Positions 52,210 through 64,000 of a stretch of DNA of 64,000 nt are shown here, one piece after another. The notes beneath the pieces are model-generated. The model searched no databases. It was not told where the DNA came from and worked only from the letters and a program-made list of their open reading frames with translations. The translations under genes were made by a program, and so were the position numbers. The stretch covers positions 122,762,001 to 122,826,000 of the forward strand of contig NC_058368.1 of assembly GCF_018350175.1 (NCBI RefSeq), written 5' to 3'. The stretch comes from Felis catus. Lineage: Eukaryota. How positions within the stretch are numbered: position 1 is the stretch's first letter; the number at the start of each line of letters is the position of its first letter.

Positions 52210-53890
52210 GATAGAGTTTAAATGCTATAAAGTTTGAAAGTCAATATAGTTATTCATGAAACCACTAAGAGAAAAAATTCTGATGTAGTTCAACTAACAC
52301 CAGATCAAGACTTTAAGAAGTATTACGGAAGATAAAAAAAAAATTCATGATGCAAGTATTTAACAAATCTTAATTTATATATACCTAGTACCCTGACTTC
52401 AAATACATACATAGCAGAATCGACAGAACTAAGAATAGAAATGGACAAATCTGTTGGGAAAATAAGCACACAAAAACGTTGTAAAGATATAGGAGATTAA
52501 TGAACTTGATTCAAAATGCATGCAATGATCACAGGGTATACCTTCTTTTCATGGGAACATGGAATATTTCTAAAGGTGAGAAGAGGCTAGCATCATAAAG
52601 TGAATCTCAACGAATTTTAAAGAATGAAATGATACAAAGAATACCTGACTAATGTAACATTGTGTGTCAACTATACTTCAACTTAAAAAAGAAAAAGAAA
52701 TAATACAAAGTATGTTCTCTGATTGTAGTGGACTTAAGGTAGAAATCGGTAAGAGAAAGGTAACTCAAAAATCTCCACATGTTTGAAGTTAAGCCTTGAG
52801 GGCTAAGTAACCCATGGGTCAAAGGAGAAATCCTACATTAGAAAAGATTTTGAACTAAATAGTAATATATTATGACATTAAAAAAAAACAAATGGGATGA
52901 AGCTAGTCATGCTTAGAGATATTTATAACTTAAAATGCATATATTTGAAAAAAAAGGAAAGGCTGGAAATAACTTCTTTGTACCAAGAGCCACCATCAAG
53001 AATCTAAAATGTAAGGCACAGAGCAAGATATTTTAAATACAAGTATCCAAAAATTATTTAAGAATTCCTATTCTTAATAAGAAAATAAAGACAGTACAGA
53101 AGAAAATTTTACAAAAGACAAAGGGCAACTTGCACAAGGATACCCAGAAGGCCAAAAGATATGTAAAAAATTATTCAACCTCAGTATTAAGGAAAGTAAA
53201 AATTAAAATCCTACAATACAAATTATCGCTCACACTCACCAAAGTGACTAATATGATCAATTATCGGTTCATGTTGGAAAAGATGTGGAGAAGCCATAAC
53301 TCTCATACATCGTTGGTGGGAATGTAATTGCTATAACACGTGTGCAAAACTGGCAATACCTACTGAATCTGGCCACATGCATAACTCTATGATCCAGTAA
53401 TTCTGTTCCTTGGGAAGTTCTCACCAGAAATGAACATGTTTTCTCACCAAAGACATGCACCATTAACATTAACACTGTCAAGAAACGATATAAATGTCCA
53501 TTAACAATAGAAGAGTAAATATACTGTGGTGTATTATTGGAAAAATAGAACAAGAAAACGAATGAATTATACATGCAATGCAATGAATGACTTTCACAAA
53601 TGTAATGCTGGGCAGAAAAGCCAGACACAGAAGAGTAATTATTGTATGATGCCGTTTATAAAACATTTTAAAACCGGTGGTGGACCTTTATAGCGATAGA
53701 ATTCAGTAGAGCGATCGATTATCTCTAGAAGGATGGTGACTGGAAGCAGTCACAAGAAAGGGACGATCTGAGCTGCTGGTAATCCATGTCCTCATCTGGG
53801 TGGTAGTTATATGGGTGTGTCACTTTGGGTGCATTTATTAAGCTGTGCCTTTATCATTTCTGCATTTTTCTTTATTATGTTATACTTCTA
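52210..53890 (+). mobile_element. Old, degraded L1 (L1ME/MC-like) fragments
   Basis: A-rich ORF2 remnants and 3' UTR-like motifs (ggtgggaatgtaa, aaaagccagacac, atgttatacttc). Confidence 0.8.
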
Positions 53891-53966
53891 CAACATCATA
53901 TATTATACTTTTTTAAACAAAATGCTTAACTAATTAACCAACTAACTAATTCTGATCAGAACTCAC

Positions 53967-54065
53967 CAGTTCATTTCGTTCATCTCCAAGCAAGGTATTC
54001 CTGTCTTCTAATTTTCTTATGGTGGCATTCAATTCAGCTATTCTCTTTTGATTTCTTCTCAAATC
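53967..54065 (-). CDS. JAKMIP2: JAKMIP2 exon 5 (99 nt, DLRRNQKRIAELNATIRKLEDRNTLLGDERNEL)
   Basis: tag|GAT acceptor, CTG|gtgagt donor, manual translation. Confidence 0.96.
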
Positions 54066-54929
54066 CTACACATGAAAATTGAAATGGGCATTTCTTCAGT
54101 AACATTTTTCTTTTCTCTTTTTTTTTTTTTCAATAACACTTTTCACAAGGTTTTGGAGTTCCACTCATAAATAATTAAGAGGCTTGATATCTTTCATCTG
54201 GCTTATGAGGTGAGACTAAAATGTTCTCTATTCAGAGAAGAGTAAATATTTACCCTCTTCTAACCCTCAACATTCACTTCATAGATTGAAGACCAAGACT
54301 GGTTGAAATTGCAAGTGAATTCCATGTGGCAGATACTCTCTGGAGCCCTGACTCCTGGCAGGGGGAGTAGTAGATGGTTGGATGAACTTATCAGATCTGT
54401 GGGCTATGAGGCCAGGGTCATGTCATAATTACATGAGGTTCAAGAAGCATCTCTTAAGTCATGGCTGCACATTGCTTCCCACAGCTAAGACAGATGTCCT
54501 ACTACACTTAGCCAAAGAGTAGAAGGTAGGGCTGGGCTTTAAAAATTCCTATGTATTCCTGTTGAAAAAGGCCAGTGTGAGAAGGCTGGTACATTGCCGT
54601 CACATATAAAAGGCAGTAGATTATAAGACAGCCTTTGCTAGTACATTTTGCCCAGAACACCTGGCTTCCCCACTGGCATCATTGCTGTGGATCACTGTAC
54701 ACATGGCATCATGGATTACGTCTATGCTCCAGAGTCCACAGGACCATTAGAGACTTGCAATTCCATTATCATCTTATATTTTGAGAGTGCTGTACTGTTG
54801 ATAAAGCAGTTTCCCACACATTAAATCTCCAGATTCATAGAATCCTAGAGGATTCAGCAGATCAGGGAAGATTCAGAGAGGTCACACTCATCCAAGGGCT
54901 TGTGGCTACTACCAGTAGATCCATAATTA

Positions 54930-55140
54930 ATATGTATTAAATGCTGACTATGAGCCAGACACTATGCTCAACATTTTACATACCATTTCTTCTAGTCTCT
55001 GACCAGCCTTACGGAGTAGCACTATGGCCTCTCTTTTACGGATGAGGAAATTCTGAGCGGTAAAATAATTTGCCTAAGGTCATCTGGTATGTGGTAGATC
55101 CAGAATTTGAACTAAAGAGTCTGACTCTAGAGCCCATTCT
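54930..55140 (-). mobile_element. MIR
   Basis: ttttacggatgaggaaattctgag...taatttgcctaaggtca. Confidence 0.78.
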
Positions 55141-55919
55141 CTGGACAGTTTTGCTGCACTGCAGGTAAATGTCAGTGATAGAACTAAAACTTACGTCTGC
55201 TAAATCCTGGTTCCGCCACCTACTGGGATATATATATCCTGAATACCAATTCATAAATTATTCATTACTTGGTTCTAAGTACTACTTTGGAACCTCTCTC
55301 TGTCCCTAAATAATCCATTTTCATCTTTTTAGCAGCTAAATAATTTGAAAGGTATAACTTATGAAAGTCAACTATATACAAGCTGATTTCTATGGCTGCA
55401 GTTCTGAAAATAATTTCTCATATAAAATGATGAAAATCCAGGGTAATAAGCGGCAAGTTCAATCAGAATAGAAGCTTTCAGATGATGATTTAAGTGGTTT
55501 CGTCTTTTATACAGTTATACATTTTGACCCCTGCAGATGACAACCATCTTTGCCAATTTCCAACCCAATGGTTCACACAAGGGAAAATTACCAGTCTTGG
55601 CAAGAGGCAAAGTAGTTTCATCTAATTTATGGCACTTACAATAGGCTGAAGTTTGGACAGGTATCCCGTGGCTAAAAAAAATTCTATGAAAGATTTAAAA
55701 AGACCGGTAATTCTCTCCTGATCCGCTAATGTGGTGCCGACCACTTTGTTGTCTATGAGTTTAGAAAACCCTGTTCCCAAGATACTAGCTGGTTTTATAG
55801 TAGGAGGGAGAATTGATTGCCTTGCAGTAAACAGGAAAAGAGCTTAAGTGGAAAGTAAAACTTGGGAGCTAAATAAAAGATGACTCCTGAGTTCTTCACT
55901 TCAGCTCGGACAGACTTAC

Positions 55920-56129
55920 AGGACTGCCGCAGTGCTCAGAGCCGTCTCCTGCTCTTCCCGGAATCTCTCGTTTTGGACTGTTCATGTTGCACTCGGCCTC
56001 CTTGACCAGAAAGAGCTGTTCATCCAAAGCCTCCTTCTGCAGCTGCAGTTTCTGTACATAGCCGGTTTGGGTCTCCAGTTCCTTTTCCAGGGAAAAGATG
56101 ATCCTGTCCTTGGCTTTAATCTCATCCAT
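55920..56129 (-). CDS. JAKMIP2: JAKMIP2 exon 4 (210 nt, MDEIKAKD...EHCGSP)
   Basis: cag|ATG acceptor, CCT|gtaagt donor, in frame with exon 3. Confidence 0.97.
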
Positions 56130-57579
56130 CTGAATTAAACGACACCCAGGACATTTTATTTAACAATGCTGTACAAAAAATGCATTTTTACAATGGTATG
56201 AGTTTAACTTCTTTCTGCTGATTGATACGGAAAAAAATCACAACTGTGACAAGTGCATTGAATTTATGAATACGACAAGGCAGTACCGTACAATGAAAGG
56301 CTCTCTTAGGCTAATTAGGTGCCAAGGAGAACAACCTTTTCTCTCTGGTATATCCTGTATAGATGCTTTAATTCAATATATTGTTTGAAATGGTCCAGGT
56401 TGGTTGGAGTTAGAAAAGGAAGGTTGACCTTAAAATGAGTCATTTGTTTTACTAAATACAGATACTCAATACTCCACTACAGTATTTCCCAGGACAATCG
56501 TTGATATCCCCTCCTGTTTAGAGGAATAGCCTTTGAGTTCACCTTAAACAGCAGCAGCCGCTATGAACTGGTCATTTTTTACTGAAGAAGCTTCCGCTTT
56601 TGCAGGAGCCTAGTTTCCTAAGGTCAATAGGTTTGCATTGAGGTGGTGAATTTGCAGCGAATTCAGGAGAGGATTTGGAACATGGTTTATGTTATGTGGC
56701 TCTTTCCATTCTTTTCCACATGTCAGAGCAAATAGCTCTTAGCAAGCATTTTACCATTACTGTCAAAACCATGGTTGGGACAGCAGGAATGGAAAACACC
56801 TGGTTAATATGAGCCACTGTTGCCTCTCCTACACCTGTGGGATATAATTATTGATCCCAACACTCACTTCTGTTAAGCCTGGGCTTGATCTCAGAATTAC
56901 GTGCCAACTGAAGGCCATAAACATTCAATACCAATTGATCAGAGTTTCATTGGACTGAAAAATTTTTGCCACTCCTGGTGAGGACTAGTTAATGTCTGTA
57001 AACAATTTTTGAGGGGAGCACAGCCATCGGGTGAAACCTTTCTTCTCATTTCATTATATTTCGTGAGAATTTTCAAAATGGGGATAGGATAGAGACATTT
57101 AATAAAATTGTATTACACTGTCTCATTTATAATAGATGACTTTGTACAAATCTTTCTTTACTGTGAGAAATTGTTAAATAGTCCCATTTTTCCATAAAGA
57201 AGTATCTGTGAACTGTTGCCTCCCAGTCACACGATTACATTTTAGATCAATTTTGGAAGGACGCTGGGCTAAACTCTGCATGGCCCTATGACATCATCTG
57301 ATAACTTTGTGAGTATTCAAACACTGTCCTGCTAATTTGGGAATGAAAGCACTGCCTTTATTTTTCTATCTCCTTGTAGAAATTTGAATCCTGTGTTATT
57401 CTTAACTGAAAGGTACATTCATTTGTTAGACCTGTCATCGATGATGTCATTTACAATTTACCATAGTTCCACACCTGCATGCTCCTAGCTGGTTCTGATG
57501 TACCCTACCTAAATGAACGTACTGGAAATTATTCCATTACTGCCAATATAATCATCTTCATCATCACCATCATCATAAC

Positions 57580-57810
57580 TAAAATTTACTAATTTTTACT
57601 ACATTCAAGGCACTATACTCAAAGCTTTATATACCTTCTCACCTTTTATGACAATTCTATTATGTAAGTTCTGTTATCACCACTTTACAGATGACAACTG
57701 AGCACCCAAAGGGTTAAAAACTTTGCCATAGGCCTATGGCTCCTAAGTGGTGAAGCCCAATTTTAAATTCAGTCTTCTGACTCCAGAGCCCATTCTAAAA
57801 GGCACTATGC
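57580..57810 (-). mobile_element. MIR
   Basis: cactttacagatgacaactgag...tctgactccagagccc. Confidence 0.75.
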
Positions 57811-58754
57811 AATATTGACCCCAACATCATACTTCCAGCATTTTCCAAAGTAGTTTTCCAGTAGTAACTGGATATTCAAAGTAGAATGTCCAGTAATTAG
57901 TGCCGATGAGTCTCTACTGCATAGTGGTTGTAAGCATGGGCTTTGGTTTCAGAATACTGAAAATCCTTCCGCAGTTCTAGTTCTTAGATGGGGAGGGGTA
58001 CATACCAGAATTCCCTGGGGAAATTTTCTAAACAGAACGGCTCCCACTTCCCTCCTTTCCAGTTCCAAAAATGGAGCTGGGTGTAGGGGTAGTGACAAGA
58101 CAAGAAAAAGAAAAAACTGAAGACAAGTGCATCTGTACTACTGAAAAAGTTTCCCATGATTCTCTGTTTGCACCCAGTTTTTTAACCACTCCTCAGGTAG
58201 CTTAGATTTTACACTCTTACTAAGAGAGACTGTGTGTCTACTTTAGTAGTATGCTGGTAAAAGCAAGTCACAGAAAGAAACTACAGACCAACAGGTGGAT
58301 ATACTCAGAGAGTTTGTATCCAAAACCATCAACAAACACAAATATTTGATGTACAACACCCTTTTCATCTACCCACCTGCTAACTCAACTCCAGAGTTCA
58401 CAGTGCTGGTTCTTTCTTCATCAGCCGTTGTCATTTCAAAAACCAAAGGCAGGGCAGAGACCAATATTTCTGCACTGTGTTTGGTCTTTATTGTCAACCA
58501 GGGCAATAGAATGAATTGCAGATAAAGAATTTGGAAAGTGTGGAAAAGGCAACAATTTACAGTCACACCGTATTGCAGTACAAAGAAAATTACACATTTC
58601 TTTCCAAAATGTTCTATGATAACCACTTTTACTTAAAATTGAAATCCTAAAGATATAATCCAAGGAATATAATTGGGTTCTTAAAAAAATAATTGCTTAG
58701 AACCAGCAGACACAGAAAGTGTAGATTTCCTAAGAAAATATTATTGCTATTATT

Positions 58755-58862
58755 TTTAAAGATCTTATTTTTGAGTAATCTCTACCCCCAACATGGGGTA
58801 TAAGTCACAACACTGAGATCAAGAGTCGCATGCTCTACCGACTGAGCCTGCCAGGTTCCCAG
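58755..58862 (-). mobile_element. Short Can-SINE
   Basis: gagtaatctctacccccaacatgggg...gagatcaagagtcgcatgctctaccgactgagcc. Confidence 0.87.
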
Positions 58863-59086
58863 AAAATACTACTTTTAGAGAAGCATCAAGTACATTCTAA
58901 TAGGTGAGGGTTAATTTGATAAGATATAACTAAGGCTAAACAATCTGAGTATAGGTGCATGTAAATGTGTCTTCTAAAACAATTGAATGTGGTCAACCTA
59001 GGCTTTCACATAATACTTTGTTGTTATTTTATGTATAGTGAGAGACCAATGTGGCTTTTGGTGATACGTATTAAAAAGAAAGATCT

Positions 59087-59289
59087 GGGGCACCTGGGGG
59101 GGCTCAGCTGGTTAAGTGTCTGACTTCAGCTCAGGTCATGATCTCACGGTTCATGGGTGTGAGCCCCTCACTGGGCTCTCGGCTGTCAGCACACAGCCTG
59201 CTTCAGATCCTCTGTCCCTCTCTCTCTGCCCCTCCCCTGCTCACTCTCTCTCTCAAAAATAAATAAACATTTTAAAAAAGAGAAAAAAG
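59087..59289 (+). mobile_element. Can-SINE
   Basis: aaagatct flanks; full structure. Confidence 0.93.
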
Positions 59290-59820
59290 ATCTAACTCTG
59301 TAGGCTTTGAAATAAGTCTTAGAAATTAGCAATAGCGAATAAACTACTTAGGAATGACATCCAGTTTAAAAGTTATAAGGGCTCCTGCTTATAATGGCCC
59401 TTATTTATTTTGGGAAAGAAGATCTATTTTAAAAATGACTAGGGATCTTATAGCTCTATTTCTTGCTTTCAGACACAGTCCCTGGAAAGAACACAGGTGA
59501 ATCATTCAGGAAGCTCTCAGTGGCTGCCATTTTCAGATGGCACAGAAACTTAAAAAGCCACAGAAACTTTCTCTACCCCTTTAAAAACCCAGTAACATTT
59601 TGTAAATGGAACGCCCACAAAACATGTCGATTTTAGAAGAGTTCATACGTTAGAATATTTTTATAGACATTCGAGAAAACAGGAATCATTGAACAGACAC
59701 TCTCCACACATGTGCGGCTGGAAGAATCCAGTTTTTAGGAGAAAGGTGATTCCAGTGTCCTTTACATTTTACAGTTCCAATTTTGGCCTGGGCCTATCTG
59801 TTTATCTACCTACCTGCCTA

Positions 59821-60474
<654 letters not shown>

Positions 60475-60684
60475 TCAAAGGATGAAACGGGAGGAGCCTT
60501 CAAGGAAAGCATCTCTAGCTCGGGCCCTCTGGGCTCCTAACCCCTCATCGCTTCCTCCCAGCCACGGTGTCCTCTGAGGGAAGGGAACCGAAGGGCCCAA
60601 AGGGGGAAATACAGCGCAGGTTGAGGAGGAAATACCTGGGGATGCTGTATTACTTTGTGCGGCAGTATCTGATGTTCCTCGGCC

Positions 60685-60840
60685 TTACTGCCCCATGTGT
60701 GGTCTGCAGACAGCCAGCACAGGCATCGCCCAGAAGCTTGTCAGAGATGCGCGATCTGGGCCTCCTCGTTCCCAGACCTCTAATCAGGACGTGCATTTTA
60801 ACAAGTCCCCAGGTGACCGCATGCACATTAAAATTAGGAC
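60685..60840. mobile_element. MER5-type DNA transposon remnant
   Basis: gtgtggtc...gcttgtcagagatgc...gcattttaacaagtccccaggtga...atgcacattaaa. Confidence 0.7.
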
Positions 60841-61610
60841 ACGGAGCTATAATGGTTTTCACCCTGGTGGGGAGGAGTTCAAAACAGACCACCTGCACAC
60901 CTTTTCAGGCTACACATTCCCGGCCAGGTGCAAGCTGATTAAATGTGGGCATCTTAGGACTGTTCAATATTACGATCAGATTCGTAAAATGGTGCCCAAA
61001 GTGATATTACAAAACATTTCCCCCCTTTTCCCCCTTCCTTTTTGTCTGAGGCACTGGGGGAAGTAAAAAATAAAGACAGTTGATACATTCTGAACATCAT
61101 GTTTCCTTCTGTGACAACTTAGTTCTATCCCCAGACATTATACATACACACACACACCAGCCAAAAACAGTGCAGATCACTGGGCTGTCTCTGCCAAAGG
61201 GGTCTGGTGTCCGGAACTTTCTGCATGGTCCACAGATGTCCCTTTGTGCCCTTCTCTACCTCCACTCTTCTCCCTCTCCTGCTCCCCCAACAACCAACCT
61301 GCCAAGCAGTTTAATAACTATTCCTTCCAGCCTTTAGACCTTTCAGGTACTTTGGCTGAACAAAATCTTCTGTGTTTTGTTACATTTGTAACGATAACAT
61401 AGGTCTTCTTGTAGATTAGCCATGGCACTACCTTAATCTGGTGTGTGAGTCTGGCTCTGATTCAGTAGATCAGGGTGGGGGCCTGGCATTTGTAGCTTGA
61501 AAAAGCCTCTTAGCAAATGTTCCTTATTTTTGTCCTCCCCCTGAACCCCACATCTCTGCTGCCTATCTTTGTCTTTCTGCCTCTGCCGTGTACCCAAAGA
61601 ATCTCTCTCC

Positions 61611-61707
<97 letters not shown>
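61611..61707. repeat. Compound microsatellite (TGTC)n(TC)n(AC)n
   Basis: Directly visible. Confidence 0.97.
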
Positions 61708-61709
<2 letters not shown>

Positions 61710-62144
61710 AAACTAGAAAAAGGGAAGAATTAGGCAACCCCTGGAGTAATATCTGGTTGAGTGGAATTGGGTCTCTGCCATTTGTAAAATTGGAAGTTTT
61801 CGTGAAATAATTGTGAAGAGTCTCTCCAGCTGAAAAATGTTAAGATTCAAACTCCTCATTCAGACTACTGTAATTATAATACAAGCGTGTGAGATTTTAC
61901 TTACCTTAACAGTTTACCTACCTTTGGCTAGAGCAGGATTTTCTAAGTCCACCTGGCAATTTATGAATATTTTATTTTAAAGGCACAGCAGTTATTCCCA
62001 CGTTGGTTATTCTAAAAGAACTCAGGGCACAAGGAGACTTGGCAAAATAAACAGCCAGGCATCCTTAAATGGCTGTCTTTTGATCTTGCTTCCAACTCAG
62101 GCCAAGGTCCCTTCCTGGATGCGTTTTTATTAAATATGCTCTAG

Positions 62145-62675
62145 AGCTGTGCTATCCAGTCTGGGGACTACTAGCCACACCAAGTGCTTGAAATGCCCCA
62201 GGTCAGAATTGAGACTTGCTCTAAGTGAAAATACACACCAAATTTTGAAGTCTTAGTGTTAAGACAAAGAATGTAGAAATCTTAGTAATCGTTTTTATAT
62301 AGATTAGATGTTGAAATAGTATTTTGGATAAATTGGGTTACAAAAAGTATCTTATTAAAACGAGGGGCGCCTGGGTGGCTCAGTCGGTTAAGTGACCGAC
62401 TTGTGATTTTGGCTCAGGTCACGATCTCGAGGTTCGTGAGATGGAGCCCAGTGTCTGGCTCTGCACTGGCAGCACAAAACCTGCTTGGGATTCTCTCTCC
62501 CTCTCTCTCTGCCCCTCCCATGCATGTGTGCACGCGTGCTCTATGTCTCTGTCTCAAATAAATATTAAAAAAAAACAATGATTCCTTTTATGTTTTATAA
62601 TTGTGGTTACAAGAAATTTAAAAATTATATACATGGCTTGCATTTGTGGATCCCATTATATTTCTCCTGGACAGC
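62145..62675. mobile_element. MER33/MER3-type hAT element split by a Can-SINE (62364-62575, plus strand)
   Basis: Termini gctgtgctatccag / ctggacagc; internal aaatacacaccaaattttgaag and atgttgaaat. Confidence 0.8.
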
Positions 62676-62869
62676 TTTGGTCTAGGGTTCTTGGTGTGTT
62701 GAATGAATGAACCTGGCTTTCCCCACACTGCTGGTGACACTTCTCTTAGTAAAGCCCAAGTCTGAGGTGATCTATGTACTTGCTCAAAAATCACCCAGGG
62801 CTCCTTTATGTTGTAGAATGGAACCCCTACACCTCAGCTTTGCCTTTCAGGCTATCAGAATATTTGGCT

Positions 62870-63086
62870 GGGGTGCCTGGGTGGCTCAGTCAGTTGAGCA
62901 GCTGACTTCTGCTCAGGTCATGATCTCATGGTTCGTGAGTTCCAGCCCCACATCAGGCTTTTTGCTGACAGCTCAGTGTCTGGAGCCTGCTCGGATTCTG
63001 TCTCCCTCTCTCTGCCCCTCCCCCACTCGTGCTCCGACTCTCTCTCTCAAAAGATGAATAAACATTAAAAAAAAAGTGAAAAAAAA
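62870..63086 (+). mobile_element. Can-SINE
   Basis: Full structure. Confidence 0.93.
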
Positions 63087-63859
63087 GATTCGGCTGGACT
63101 TCCAGCTCCCATTTCTGCTTCCTGCTGTACCTCTCCTCACCTGTCCCATACTGCAGGCATGATGAAGGGGGATTATGCTCTTTCCTGCACATGCCCTGAA
63201 TCTCTGTACCCATGTGCCTATGGTTTTCTCTTCCTGACCTGCCCTTCCCTCAGCTCTCTTGGGGATCCTATCATCACTCGTGGCCAGCTAGATGTCACCT
63301 TCTCCAGTCATACCACCCCGACTGCCCAGGACAAACCTCATTTCTCCTGCTTATGTCTTTTCAGTGCACTTGGCTAATACCCCCTTACTGCTCCTTTCTG
63401 CATTTTTCTTTATACTATGGGTATCGTTTTTTGCATGCTTATCTGTCTTCACCACCTCTTCTCCTGCTCCTACTCCAGACTGCAAACTGCTCGAAAGCTG
63501 CCAACAAGCCTTGTTCATCTTTGTCTACCCAGTGGTTGCCAGCACAACACATAATAAAGAGCCTGAGAGTGTGTGTGCAATTAAAGAATGTATGCCAGTA
63601 TGTTTCCCTGGCTAGCCCTCTAACCAGAGGCAAGAATAATACATCCTGTCATATGGTTTAGAGAACACAGACTTGTAGGGTTTCTTGGAGCAACCGCTCA
63701 TCCATCACTTCCCTGCATAAAACAATCAAAGAAACAAATAAACAAAAGACCATCACATATAAGAATGCCTGTCTTCTGCTTGATAATTCTCTCAGCGCTT
63801 CAATAAGGACAACCTAAACCTTACTCCCCATTTTTCTAGAATAAACTCAAGTGACTAGA

Positions 63860-64000
63860 CTATGGGTAGATAAACCACAGCCCATGAGACAAATAATTTC
63901 TTGCCTCTATTTTTGTGAATAAAGTTTTACTGGAACACAGTCATGCTCTTGTCACAATGGAGTTCAGCGGTCTCAGAGAGACTGGTCTGCAAAGCCAAAA
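63860..64000. mobile_element. MER58-type DNA transposon remnant
   Basis: ttttgtgaataaagttttactggaacacagtcatgctc. Confidence 0.75.

Noticed and set aside
52210..53890. Possible intact L1 ORF2
   Set aside because: Heavily degraded, with no long ORF in the six-frame track

Overview
Mammalian genomic DNA, almost certainly from a cat-family species given its dense tRNA-derived carnivore SINEs of the SINEC_Fc type. The window holds most of JAKMIP2 (NECC1) on the minus strand. I traced 18 internal coding exons (exons 3-20, numbered from my recollection of the human gene), all GT-AG, all multiples of 3 and all flanked by phase-0 introns. They are followed by a 70-nt exon encoding the hydrophobic tail FLFLFLFFSLAFILWP* and a terminal exon. 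That terminal exon encodes SNRKHG* when the tail exon is skipped and otherwise starts a 3' UTR that probably runs off the window start. The first coding exon and promoter lie beyond position 64000. The rest is intron carrying Can-SINEs (nested, inverted, tailless and very young copies), MIR, L1, L2, MLT1, hAT-type MER elements and microsatellites. I found no demonstrable novel system. The best lead is a possible C-terminal splicing switch: a candidate 13-nt microexon (15719-15731) with neuronal-type splice signals, a second hydrophobic reading frame in the tail exon, and a candidate distal acceptor inside the 3' UTR. Repeat boundaries are approximate and repeat family names are from recall, not from a search.
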